Assembly (NCBI GenBank): GCA_965248435.1
Contig: OZ252100.1
Span: 1,824,001 to 1,888,000, forward strand
Origin: Candidatus Latescibacterota bacterium
GTDB lineage: Bacteria; Latescibacterota; UBA2968; GCA-2709665
Length of the DNA: 64,000 nucleotides
Direction: 5' to 3'
The position numbers and the translations under genes are program-made. The notes beneath the pieces are model-generated. The model was not told where the DNA came from. It saw only the letters and a list, made by a program, of their open reading frames with translations, and made no database searches. Shown here one piece after another: positions 51,435 through 59,215 of the stretch. Position 1 is the first letter of the stretch. Every line of letters begins with the position of its first letter.

Positions 51435-52511
51435 TCAGATGTTGAAGAAGTATTCCGGGATAGCGACAATATACTTGAGGTTGAAAAGCCAGCGCAGCAG
51501 CATCTTTACAGGTAGGGCAACAAACATTAAGAGGAGAAAGATCATTACACTGTAGCGGGCGAACCCCATTCTTTTATAAAAGTCCTTGAACACCGTCTGG
51601 GCCAGAACCGGTGGAGGGATCAAGAAGTAGAGGGCCACGACCACGAACCCCCAGATCTCACGAGTCAACCAGAAACTCGGCAACCCGACCCCCAAAAGAC
51701 TCACGTAGATATATTCGGAGAGGTTTATGTTGACCAGCGCCTCCAGCTTGTGCAGGTCCCAGTATTCATACGGACCGAAAAAGTTCCAGTTAGGCCCCCT
51801 CAGGAAGGTACCGATGGTGATCATGACGACCCAGAGCACCACAAACCCGAAAAGGAACACCGTGATCGCGAAGGACCTTTGCTTGAAGGTGTAGTAGCCG
51901 GATCCTCTCGGATTTCGATCCATGTAGGGAATGGCCATCAGTCCAACGACAATCAGGGTGGGCAGGACCACCCCGGCAATCCACGGATCATAGTAAACCA
52001 GCATCTCCTGCAACCCAAGAAAGTACCAAGGTGCCTTAGAGGGATTCGGAGTCTTTGCGGGGTTGGCTGGCTCTTCCAGCGGAGCCTCGATGAGGATGGA
52101 CCAGAGGATCAGCGCCACGCTGGCCAGGGTCAAACAGATAAGCTCCGTATATACCAGATGCGGCCACGTGAGCACTTTCTGACTGAATTCCTGTTTCTCT
52201 CTGGGTTCCTCGCCCCTTGAAATCCGATCGTCGTTCTCGCAGGCCTGCTTCATGCTGAACCACACAAAAAACCCAACAAAAAAAAGCAGCATGACGATCG
52301 GAATATTGTCCCCTTTGGTCACAATAATCCGAAAATCAGGATCCTGAAAACTCGCAACAAAGAATACGATAGAGAGGAGCAGAACAGGCAGGCCTACCCG
52401 GTTGGTCCAGACACCCCGAGTACGCAGGGCAAGGAAAAAGATGACTGCAAAAAGCGGCAGGAATATTTCAGGAGCAGTAATCCAGTTGATTAAGTCTTTC
52501 AGTGCCTCCAT
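51435..52511 (-). CDS. Cytochrome b C-terminal part (subunit IV-like), extended
   Basis: WP.LV..E, APLEEPANP..TPNPSKAPWYFLG (PEWY-equivalent); many extra TM helices. Confidence 0.85.
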   Translation of the reverse strand: MEALKDLINWITAPEIFLPLFAVIFFLALRTRGVWTNRVGLPVLLLSIVFFVASFQDPDFRIIVTKGDNIPIVMLLFFVGFFVWFSMKQACENDDRISRGEEPREKQEFSQKVLTWPHLVYTELICLTLASVALILWSILIEAPLEEPANPAKTPNPSKAPWYFLGLQEMLVYYDPWIAGVVLPTLIVVGLMAIPYMDRNPRGSGYYTFKQRSFAITVFLFGFVVLWVVMITIGTFLRGPNWNFFGPYEYWDLHKLEALVNINLSEYIYVSLLGVGLPSFWLTREIWGFVVVALYFLIPPPVLAQTVFKDFYKRMGFARYSVMIFLLLMFVALPVKMLLRWLFNLKYIVAIPEYFFNI

Positions 52512-52573
52512 AATCTCCTCTGTAAACCGACTTCGAAATCCTTCTGGGGCCCGGTTCAAGTCTCAACACCGGG

Positions 52574-53359
52574 CTACATCGGCCCGGAAATCCCCCCATC
52601 CTTTCTCACCCGCCAGAAATGGACGCCCATCAACGCAGCCGCTATGAAAGGAATGGCGAGACAGTGGAGGACATAGAAACGCAACAGGGCCCCCTCGCCC
52701 ACAAACCTTCCTCCCAAAAGCGCAAACCGGGCATCGTCACCCGCGTGAACCAGCCCGATGTCCCCGATCATCAGAAAGGCGGCCCCCGGACCCTCGTGGC
52801 CCAGGAAGGGGGTCGCCCGAGCCATGTTCGAACCGACCGTTATGGCCCATATGGCCAGCTGGTCCCACGGCAGGAGATACCCTGTAAAGCTGAGCATCAG
52901 TGTCAGCAACAAAAGGATCACGCCGATGGCCCAGTTGAATTCACGCGGCGGCTTGTAAGACCCGGTCATAAATACACGCAGCATGTGGAGCCAAACCGTG
53001 ATGACCATCAAGTGAGCGCCCCATCGGTGGATCTCTCGCATGATCCCGAGCGGCACCTGCTCACCCAGATCGATCATGTCGGTATAGGCATACTCCAGCG
53101 TCGGGCGGTAGTAGAACATCAACAGGATACCCGTGATGGTCTCCACAAGAAACACGAAGAACGTGAGTCCACCCATGCACCAGGTGTAGCGGACGCGTAT
53201 GCCGGACTTCGGTGTCCGGACCGGATGGAGATGTAGAACAATGTTCGTCAGTACGACCTGGGCTCGGCCTCGCTCCTCCCTCGGAATATCGTGACGGAAG
53301 ATCGACTTCCAGATCTGTGAGCGTTTCACGCTGTCTAAGAGGCCAGAAACCTTTGGCAT
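52574..53359 (-). CDS. petB: Cytochrome b6-like N-terminal subunit of Rieske/cytochrome b complex
   Basis: WCMGG (heme ci Cys position), [45 protein letters not shown]. Confidence 0.9.
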   Translation of the reverse strand: MPKVSGLLDSVKRSQIWKSIFRHDIPREERGRAQVVLTNIVLHLHPVRTPKSGIRVRYTWCMGGLTFFVFLVETITGILLMFYYRPTLEYAYTDMIDLGEQVPLGIMREIHRWGAHLMVITVWLHMLRVFMTGSYKPPREFNWAIGVILLLLTLMLSFTGYLLPWDQLAIWAITVGSNMARATPFLGHEGPGAAFLMIGDIGLVHAGDDARFALLGGRFVGEGALLRFYVLHCLAIPFIAAALMGVHFWRVRKDGGISGPM

Positions 53360-53394
53360 AAATTACTCTCCCTCAACTCGAGGCGATTCGGTCA

Positions 53395-54186
53395 TCAAAT
53401 CCTGAGAAACGACTCCGGATTATCCCATTGTCCCTTTTCGTACTGAAACTTCACTGTCTTATCCACTAAGATTTGCCCGTCCTCCGACAACACGATACGC
53501 GCCCGCTCCAGGGGTCTTGGGGCAGGTCCCTCGAAGTTGATCCCCGTGGAATAGAACCCGCTTCCGTGACACGGGCACTTGAATTTCTGTTCGTTGACAA
53601 GCCAGTTCGGCGTACACCCCAGGTGTGTGCAGACTGAAATGAGGGCGAACATCCCATCTGTATTCCGGACAATCCAGATGGCGAACTTGTCTTTCCATCG
53701 CTCGTCTACTGCCCCCATCGCATACTCATCGGGAAAACCGATCTTGAAAAATTGGGGAGGCTCGAACAACACGTTCGGAAACATGAAACGAGCAGTCGCC
53801 AGAAGACCCGCGGTACTCGCCGAAGCGAACGCGACCCAGGCAAGAGCCAGCCAGGAGAAGAATCCCCTGCGAGTCGTAATCCCCCCTTCTAAGACCGACT
53901 GCATTCGGGGCGGTCCCGGCCTGACAGACCTGGGCGCCGGAGAGGTCTGAATCACCACCTCGCGCTCCTTGGAACCCTCCTCTTTCTTCGCGGTCAAACT
54001 CCGCGCAGCCGAGGCCCGATCGGCAGCCCCTTCAGCCTTCTTTGCCGGTGCCTTCGCCGCCGGCTGCGAGGGAGCATCGGTCCCGCCCCCGCGCGCCTTG
54101 CGCATGGCTTCCGCCTTTGCCTTCGCCCTTGCTACGCGGTCCGGGATATCATCGAATGAAGAAAGATCTACATCTTCCTCAGCCAT
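53395..54186 (-). CDS. Rieske iron-sulfur protein with ~100-aa N-terminal extension
   Basis: CTHLGC and CPCHGS; Tat motif TRRGF followed by TM helix. Confidence 0.95.
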   Translation of the reverse strand: MAEEDVDLSSFDDIPDRVARAKAKAEAMRKARGGGTDAPSQPAAKAPAKKAEGAADRASAARSLTAKKEEGSKEREVVIQTSPAPRSVRPGPPRMQSVLEGGITTRRGFFSWLALAWVAFASASTAGLLATARFMFPNVLFEPPQFFKIGFPDEYAMGAVDERWKDKFAIWIVRNTDGMFALISVCTHLGCTPNWLVNEQKFKCPCHGSGFYSTGINFEGPAPRPLERARIVLSEDGQILVDKTVKFQYEKGQWDNPESFLRI

Positions 54187-54260
54187 ATAAGCTCCGTTTG
54201 ATGCGAGTCTCGGGAAGCCGGATCTCGCCTGAGCTGCCGAAACAACCTGAATCGCCGGCC

Positions 54261-54289
54261 AATATATTCAAGCTAAAATGGGTTGTCAA
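54261..54289 (-). promoter_or_regulatory. Sigma-70 promoter of the respiratory operon
   Basis: TTGACA-N17-TATATT upstream of the Rieske gene. Confidence 0.7.
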
Positions 54290-54350
54290 GGTCAAGATTC
54301 GTTGTGTCTGGGGCCGGTTTTAGGCACTCTGGATTATGTTGCTTTCCGCC

Positions 54351-55295
54351 CTACATCTCCTTCAGAACCTCTATGGCAGCCTGACGAACCTTCATATCAG
54401 GGTCTTTTTTGCGCAATCTCTCGAGGGTTTGAATCATCGAACCTGCCCGCACCTTCCCGATCGCGTAGATCGCCTTTACCATCGCATCCCGCTTTTGCAA
54501 TTCACTCATCCGTGGAAACGAGTTGAGGTAGGCGCGGTTCAGCATTTCAGCCAACACATCCACCCCTGCGTCATCCTTCATTCCCGCCAATTGTAATGCC
54601 GCATTCCAACGGACATCCGATTCCCGATCCCTCAAAGCCACGACAAGGGCTGGTCTTGCCCGTGCATCCTTCAGCTGCCCCAGGGCTCCGATGGCCGCTT
54701 TTTGGATTCCTGAGTCTTCGTTAGAAACCATATCCAAAAGGGGAAGCACGGCGCTCGTGTCGCCCTGCCTGCCAAGCGAGGCCATCGCGTATATTCGAGT
54801 CTCATCATCAGGATCGTTAAGCGTCTCGATCAGAACCTGTACGATCGAAGGGTCGCGCACAAGTCCCATCGCCAGGGCAAGATAGCGCCGCACTCTGGGG
54901 TCGTCCGAGCTTGAGGACTCAAAGATGTCGATCAACTCCCTTGCAAACCTTGAGTCTATCCTTCCCTGGCGCTGCTGATCGGCAAGGACCCTTGACAACT
55001 CGTATGCCGCCTGCCACCGACTGTTGATCCCCCCAACCTTCACTCTGTTCAAATAGTCGTTCGGCGTCTGATCCTCTCCTGTTAAGAGCGTCAAGAACAG
55101 GTAGATCATCACGCCCACAACGACAATCGCTAGCGGAAAGAAAGCGAACTGCGCGATCTGACGCGATCTCGGCACATCCTGATCTGACATCGGGGCCGTT
55201 GCCTGCTTGACAATCTGCCGAAGATCTTCAGACTGCGAATCTTCGCCGTTCGTCGGTGCCTTGTCAGACTCGTGCACGAGCGCTCTCTCATCCAT
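54351..55295 (-). CDS. Membrane-anchored HEAT/PBS-lyase repeat protein
   Basis: One TM helix then repeats D..VR..A..ALG (DPRVRRYLALAMG, DVRWNAALQLA, KVRQAAIEVL). Start must lie downstream of its promoter. Confidence 0.85.
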   Translation of the reverse strand: MDERALVHESDKAPTNGEDSQSEDLRQIVKQATAPMSDQDVPRSRQIAQFAFFPLAIVVVGVMIYLFLTLLTGEDQTPNDYLNRVKVGGINSRWQAAYELSRVLADQQRQGRIDSRFARELIDIFESSSSDDPRVRRYLALAMGLVRDPSIVQVLIETLNDPDDETRIYAMASLGRQGDTSAVLPLLDMVSNEDSGIQKAAIGALGQLKDARARPALVVALRDRESDVRWNAALQLAGMKDDAGVDVLAEMLNRAYLNSFPRMSELQKRDAMVKAIYAIGKVRAGSMIQTLERLRKKDPDMKVRQAAIEVLKEM

Positions 55296-55358
55296 CCAAA
55301 ACTTGGTAAATACTTCGATTTCGAGCCGAATGCTCAATCCACCGAAACCCACGCTCCC

Positions 55359-55387
55359 AATATAGTTATGTCCATAAGCCAAGTCAA
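55359..55387 (-). promoter_or_regulatory. Sigma-70 promoter of the HEAT gene
   Basis: TTGACT-N17-TATATT; spacer contains palindrome TTATG-GA-CATAA. Confidence 0.6.
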
Positions 55388-55462
55388 GATATTGGTATTT
55401 GAAGAATAAGAGGAATTAATCTTTAGCCAAGGCTAGTGGGCTGAACTTGGCTTTGTTCCACC

Positions 55463-55490
55463 TTGACAAGGCAGAACAAAGCGCTATATT
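55463..55490 (+). promoter_or_regulatory. Sigma-70 promoter of the ferredoxin gene
   Basis: TTGACA-N16-TATATT; the ORF-track TTG start at 55463 coincides with this -35 box. Confidence 0.65.
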
Positions 55491-55549
55491 CCCCCCTCGA
55501 CGGACGAATGCAGAGCCTGGTGCCACCTACTTCAAATAAGGAAAACTAT

Positions 55550-56299
55550 TTGGTTGACGTCGATCTGTCTCAATTCGATGATATCGCCGATCGAGTGGCC
55601 AGAGCCAAAGCGAAATCCGAAGCTCTACGAAAGGCGAAAAGCGGCGAAGACAGTGGGGATTCGTCCCCCGGTCTGTCCGCACAACCGACTGCGGAAGAAC
55701 CAGTTAGCAAGGCTGTCGAGGCAACCGCCGGAAAGACAGCTGTGACTGGACTTCAAATCCTGGAATTTGCCCTTGGGACGCATTTCAAATTGAAAGGTCG
55801 AGCGGGCAGGGTCATCGGCACGCGGTATGACCTCGTCAGTTTTGTGTATGACGATGATCCCGGGCAGACGGTGACGGCGGATCGATATCGATTGAGCAAC
55901 GCCTATGCCGAAGGAGCCCTCGAGTTTGCGCCCAAATCTGAGGCCTATCGCCCCGATCGGGTCAACAAGACGGATCGAATTGACTACCACGAATATGTCT
56001 GGCTCGACACCAGGAAGGGGATGACGGCAAAGAAGAAACGACCGCGCTCGATTGCCATCATCAACCCCGATTATTGCACGGGGTGCGACGCCTGTATCGA
56101 AGTATGTCCAACCGATTGCATTGAAGAAGTGGACGTGGCGGACGCAGGTCTGGATGGGATCGGAAGCTTTTGCGAAGTTCGGCTCAGTGACTGCATCGGG
56201 TGCGTCCAATGCGTACACATCTGCCCGTGGGAAGCCATCGACATGGTCGATACTGATAAAGTAGAGGACGCGTACGGACTCCCCACAGGCAGCCTATAG
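55550..56299 (+). CDS. 2x[4Fe-4S] ferredoxin-domain protein with N-terminal peptide shared with the Rieske protein
   Basis: CTGCDACIEVCP and CIGCVQCVHICP; TTG start at 55550 with AAGGA SD. Confidence 0.88.
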   Translation: MVDVDLSQFDDIADRVARAKAKSEALRKAKSGEDSGDSSPGLSAQPTAEEPVSKAVEATAGKTAVTGLQILEFALGTHFKLKGRAGRVIGTRYDLVSFVYDDDPGQTVTADRYRLSNAYAEGALEFAPKSEAYRPDRVNKTDRIDYHEYVWLDTRKGMTAKKKRPRSIAIINPDYCTGCDACIEVCPTDCIEEVDVADAGLDGIGSFCEVRLSDCIGCVQCVHICPWEAIDMVDTDKVEDAYGLPTGSL

Positions 56300-56319
56300 G
56301 CATTCCGTCAATTCGTTCT

Positions 56320-56354
56320 ACGGAGACCGGGAGTGACTCGGCCTCCGTTTTTTT
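56320..56354 (+). terminator. Intrinsic terminator after the ferredoxin gene
   Basis: ACGGAG.CCG...CGG.CTCCGT stem followed by a T run. Confidence 0.75.
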
Positions 56355-56391
56355 ATGACCACAAACCGCCAAACAGCAGTTAAAATAAGGC

Positions 56392-56421
56392 TTGACTTCG
56401 CTGACATAATGTCTATATATT
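56392..56421 (+). promoter_or_regulatory. Sigma-70 promoter of the TPR-actin cassette
   Basis: TTGACT-N16-TATATA or N18-TATATT; palindrome GACAT-A-ATGTC in the spacer. Confidence 0.55.
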
Positions 56422-56649
56422 GTGACAAATTAACGAGTAAGCATAACATCTTGGTGGCATCGGTTCTCCCCCCGCTCAAGTGACCGCTTTTTTTCTCCAC
56501 GGAGATCTAGCCTCAGGTCCGGTTCCTAGTAGACCTAATCAGTCAGGCATCTCTTCTCACCAAAACCGTCCAGGCTCTCATTCTGAGCACTGGACGACTC
56601 CCAGTCTCCTTTGAGCTGTATCGTCAGATTCGCCTGAGGAGGAATCCCA

Positions 56650-57570
56650 TTGCAATCAGGGGAATCCATTAGCCGTCAGAAGAAGCAAGATAAGTCAGCT
56701 TCTTCATCTGCCTCTGCAAGTCAGTCACGCCCTAACCCCGAAAACCGAACCCTTGAGACATTGACCGAATACATGGGCTCCGACGCAGGCCTCAAAAGGA
56801 CCGCCATCTCGACATCTGGTGGAGACGAACGTCTGGATAGAGACCCGGATAGGTCCCCTGGTTCAAAGGAAAGGCTCCTCCAGGAGTGGGAGATCGAAGA
56901 CTCGGCCGAAGCAGGCCCTCCTTCCGAAGAGGATCTGCTCAAGCGGATGGAGATTCTGGAAACACGGCTTGACGCCTTCGAAACCACCTGCTACACCTTC
57001 CTTCTCTATGCCAAACAGCTTACCGATAGAACCGTTTCGTTTTTCGAAGACATTTTTGGTCTTGGCCAGGATGACCTTGCGCAGATTCACGACCGACTTG
57101 GTGTAAACTACAACAACAAGGGTGACTACGAAAAAGCCGTAGAGGCATTCAAGAAGCTCGTGGAAATAAACCGCACCCCAGCTTCCTGCTTTAAGCTGGG
57201 CGTCGCCTCGGACAACAATGGAGACTTTCAGGGAGCCATCGAAGCACTCCGGACAGCAATCTCCATGGACAAGGAATACCTCAAGGCCTACTACAAACTG
57301 GCGGAAGTCTACGCCAGAGTCGAAAACTTTGGAGAAGCCATCAGATTTCTCACACAGGCAACAGAGATCGATCCGAAAAATGACGAGACACAATACAGAC
57401 TGGGCAATGTGCACAGTGCACGGGGGAGTTACGACCAGGCGATTGCCGCGTTCAACAAAGTACTGAAATCGAATCCGAGCTTCCCGGGCATTTATCAGAG
57501 CCTTGGAATCGCCTATGAGCAAAAGGGCGATCAACCCAAAGCCCTGGAGTTCTTTAAAAAATCAATCTAA
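56650..57570 (+). CDS. TPR protein, MamA-like, with disordered N-terminal extension
   Basis: TTG start with GAGGAGG SD; five TPRs ending GIAYEQKGDQPKALEFFKKS; pre-TPR helices LD....Y..L.YAK.L....V.FF...F....D resemble the MamA N-terminal segment as I recall it. Confidence 0.75.
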   Translation: MQSGESISRQKKQDKSASSSASASQSRPNPENRTLETLTEYMGSDAGLKRTAISTSGGDERLDRDPDRSPGSKERLLQEWEIEDSAEAGPPSEEDLLKRMEILETRLDAFETTCYTFLLYAKQLTDRTVSFFEDIFGLGQDDLAQIHDRLGVNYNNKGDYEKAVEAFKKLVEINRTPASCFKLGVASDNNGDFQGAIEALRTAISMDKEYLKAYYKLAEVYARVENFGEAIRFLTQATEIDPKNDETQYRLGNVHSARGSYDQAIAAFNKVLKSNPSFPGIYQSLGIAYEQKGDQPKALEFFKKSI

Positions 57571-57580
57571 TGCGGTTACC

Positions 57581-58012
57581 TTGAGCATACGAGCCCTGAC
57601 AAACCGCCTGCGAGAAGAGCAGATAGAAGCCCTGAGGCAGAGAAAGTATGCGCCTTTGACGGCCGGGCCTCCGAGCGAGCCTGCCGTGCCGGCGCGGGCC
57701 GAGCCCGAGGTTAGAGAAAATAATGAATCGTCCTCTCTGGCCGAAGCCGGGTTTTCTGCCGATCCATCCGGACAGAACGACATTCCCAAGGTCGGGTTGC
57801 GCTTTCAGAATCGCGATGCGCGTTGGCAGGTGCCGTGCGGCATCGTCGAGCGTTTCGGTCTTTCTGCCTTTAACGAAACTTTTCCAGAAACAGCGACGAT
57901 TCCCGCCAACTCCAATTCAGACGTTCAGGACGAGCCCGGGGAGGAAGTGGAACCGGCATACTCCACTGTAGACCCTGAGCCGATAACGATCGAACTGCAA
58001 TCACACAAGTAG
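57581..58012 (+). CDS. Acidic Pro/Glu/Ser-rich hypothetical protein
   Basis: Open frame filling the gap between the TPR and actin genes; TTG at 57581 is a tentative start; low complexity with one short hydrophobic island (WQVPCGIVERFGLSAF). Confidence 0.55.
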   Translation: MSIRALTNRLREEQIEALRQRKYAPLTAGPPSEPAVPARAEPEVRENNESSSLAEAGFSADPSGQNDIPKVGLRFQNRDARWQVPCGIVERFGLSAFNETFPETATIPANSNSDVQDEPGEEVEPAYSTVDPEPITIELQSHK

Positions 58013-58090
58013 ACATCCAGAAACGGGTTGTTTCTCGTCCCGTAGCTCGGGAAAGCGTGTCCAGAGGTCAAGAAGAAGGGGAAGGGAAAA

Positions 58091-59098
58091 ATGGCTGAAG
58101 AAACCAGATCGGACGCCACCGGCGGGTTCGCCACGCAGCAGGGCAACGGGAAGCCGCTTTCTTTGGGCATCGACCTGGGCACGGCAAACAGTGCGGTTGC
58201 GACCAGCACCGACATCACGCGAACCGTACCGAGCGTGGTGGGGTGGCCGAAGGATCTGGTTGCCTTTAAATTCCTGCAAAAGCCCATTGTATTTGGTGAA
58301 GAGTGTATCAGAAACCGCATGTCGCTCGACATCTTCTACCCGCTCGATAAAGGGGTCCTTAAGTATAGACCCGATTCCTCGAGGTATGACGACGTGCCGG
58401 GTGACAACCGTGAGGTGGCCGCAGTCGAAGAACTCGTAAGACACGTCGTGGATTTGGCAGAAATTCGATCCGGAGACGCTGTCCGTGCTGTGGTCGGATC
58501 ACCAGCGCTCGCAAGCGCCAGTGATAAACAGGCATTGGTTGAAGTAATGCGGAATCTGGTCGACTCCGTGATGGTCGTGTCAGAGCCCTTCCTGGTCGCA
58601 TACGGCCTTGGCCTTTACAACAACGCCCTCGTAGTGGATATCGGAGCAGGGACGCTTGACCTCTGCAGGATGCACGGCACTATCCCGGACGAGTCCGACC
58701 AAAGAACGTTGTACCATGCCGGAAACTCCATCGACGAAAACTTTCATTCGCTCCTGCAGGAAAAGGTGAAAGACTCGCCCATTTCCCTCCATTTCGCGAG
58801 GAGCATCAAGGAACGCTATGCCTTCGTTTCGCCAATAACAGAAGGCATCAGCGTTGAGTTTCAAGTTGAGGGGAAACCGGTTCTCTATAATATCGCAGAT
58901 GAACTCAAGGAGGCCTGCGAGGGTATCCTGCCGGATATGCTCGAGGCGATTCGGGAGTTGTTTACGACCTTCGAGCCGGAATTTCAAGATGAGCTTCGAA
59001 ACAACATCATCTTGGCCGGCGGAGGAAGTCAAATCAGAGGTCTACCAGAAGTCATCGAGGCCAACCTCGCCGAATTCGGACCAGCACGGCGTCGATGA
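58091..59098 (+). CDS. mamK: Actin-like ATPase, MamK-like; C-terminus frameshifted as assembled
   Basis: LGIDLGT, SVVGWPKD....K.L......G.E.......LD..YPL..GVL (MamK-type rather than MreB-type), VVSEPFLVAYG, VDIGAGTLDLC, P..Q..L..NIILAGGGS.I.GL. Confidence 0.75.
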   Translation: MAEETRSDATGGFATQQGNGKPLSLGIDLGTANSAVATSTDITRTVPSVVGWPKDLVAFKFLQKPIVFGEECIRNRMSLDIFYPLDKGVLKYRPDSSRYDDVPGDNREVAAVEELVRHVVDLAEIRSGDAVRAVVGSPALASASDKQALVEVMRNLVDSVMVVSEPFLVAYGLGLYNNALVVDIGAGTLDLCRMHGTIPDESDQRTLYHAGNSIDENFHSLLQEKVKDSPISLHFARSIKERYAFVSPITEGISVEFQVEGKPVLYNIADELKEACEGILPDMLEAIRELFTTFEPEFQDELRNNIILAGGGSQIRGLPEVIEANLAEFGPARRR

Positions 59099-59174
59099 TC
59101 CCATCTACGCGGGCGCACTTGGTGCGCTCAAGCTTGCCCAGGATATGCCCCCCAGCGAGTGGGAAAACGTCTAG
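59091..59174 (+). pseudogene. Out-of-frame C-terminal segment of the MamK-like actin
   Basis: +1 frame encodes VDDPIYAGALGALKLAQDMPPSEWENV*, the expected connect-2 and terminal helix. Confidence 0.8.
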
Positions 59175-59215
59175 AAAACTCACCCTTGCTTTAACCCTCA
59201 TCCACTAATATTTCC

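Noticed and set aside
55463-55549. ORF-track start for the ferredoxin
   Set aside because: That TTG is the -35 box; SD and the shared tag point to TTG 55550.
58091-59174. Calling the actin mreB, or a programmed frameshift
   Set aside because: No mreC/mreD/pbp context and motifs fit MamK better; no slippery sequence, and residues appear to be missing at the junction.
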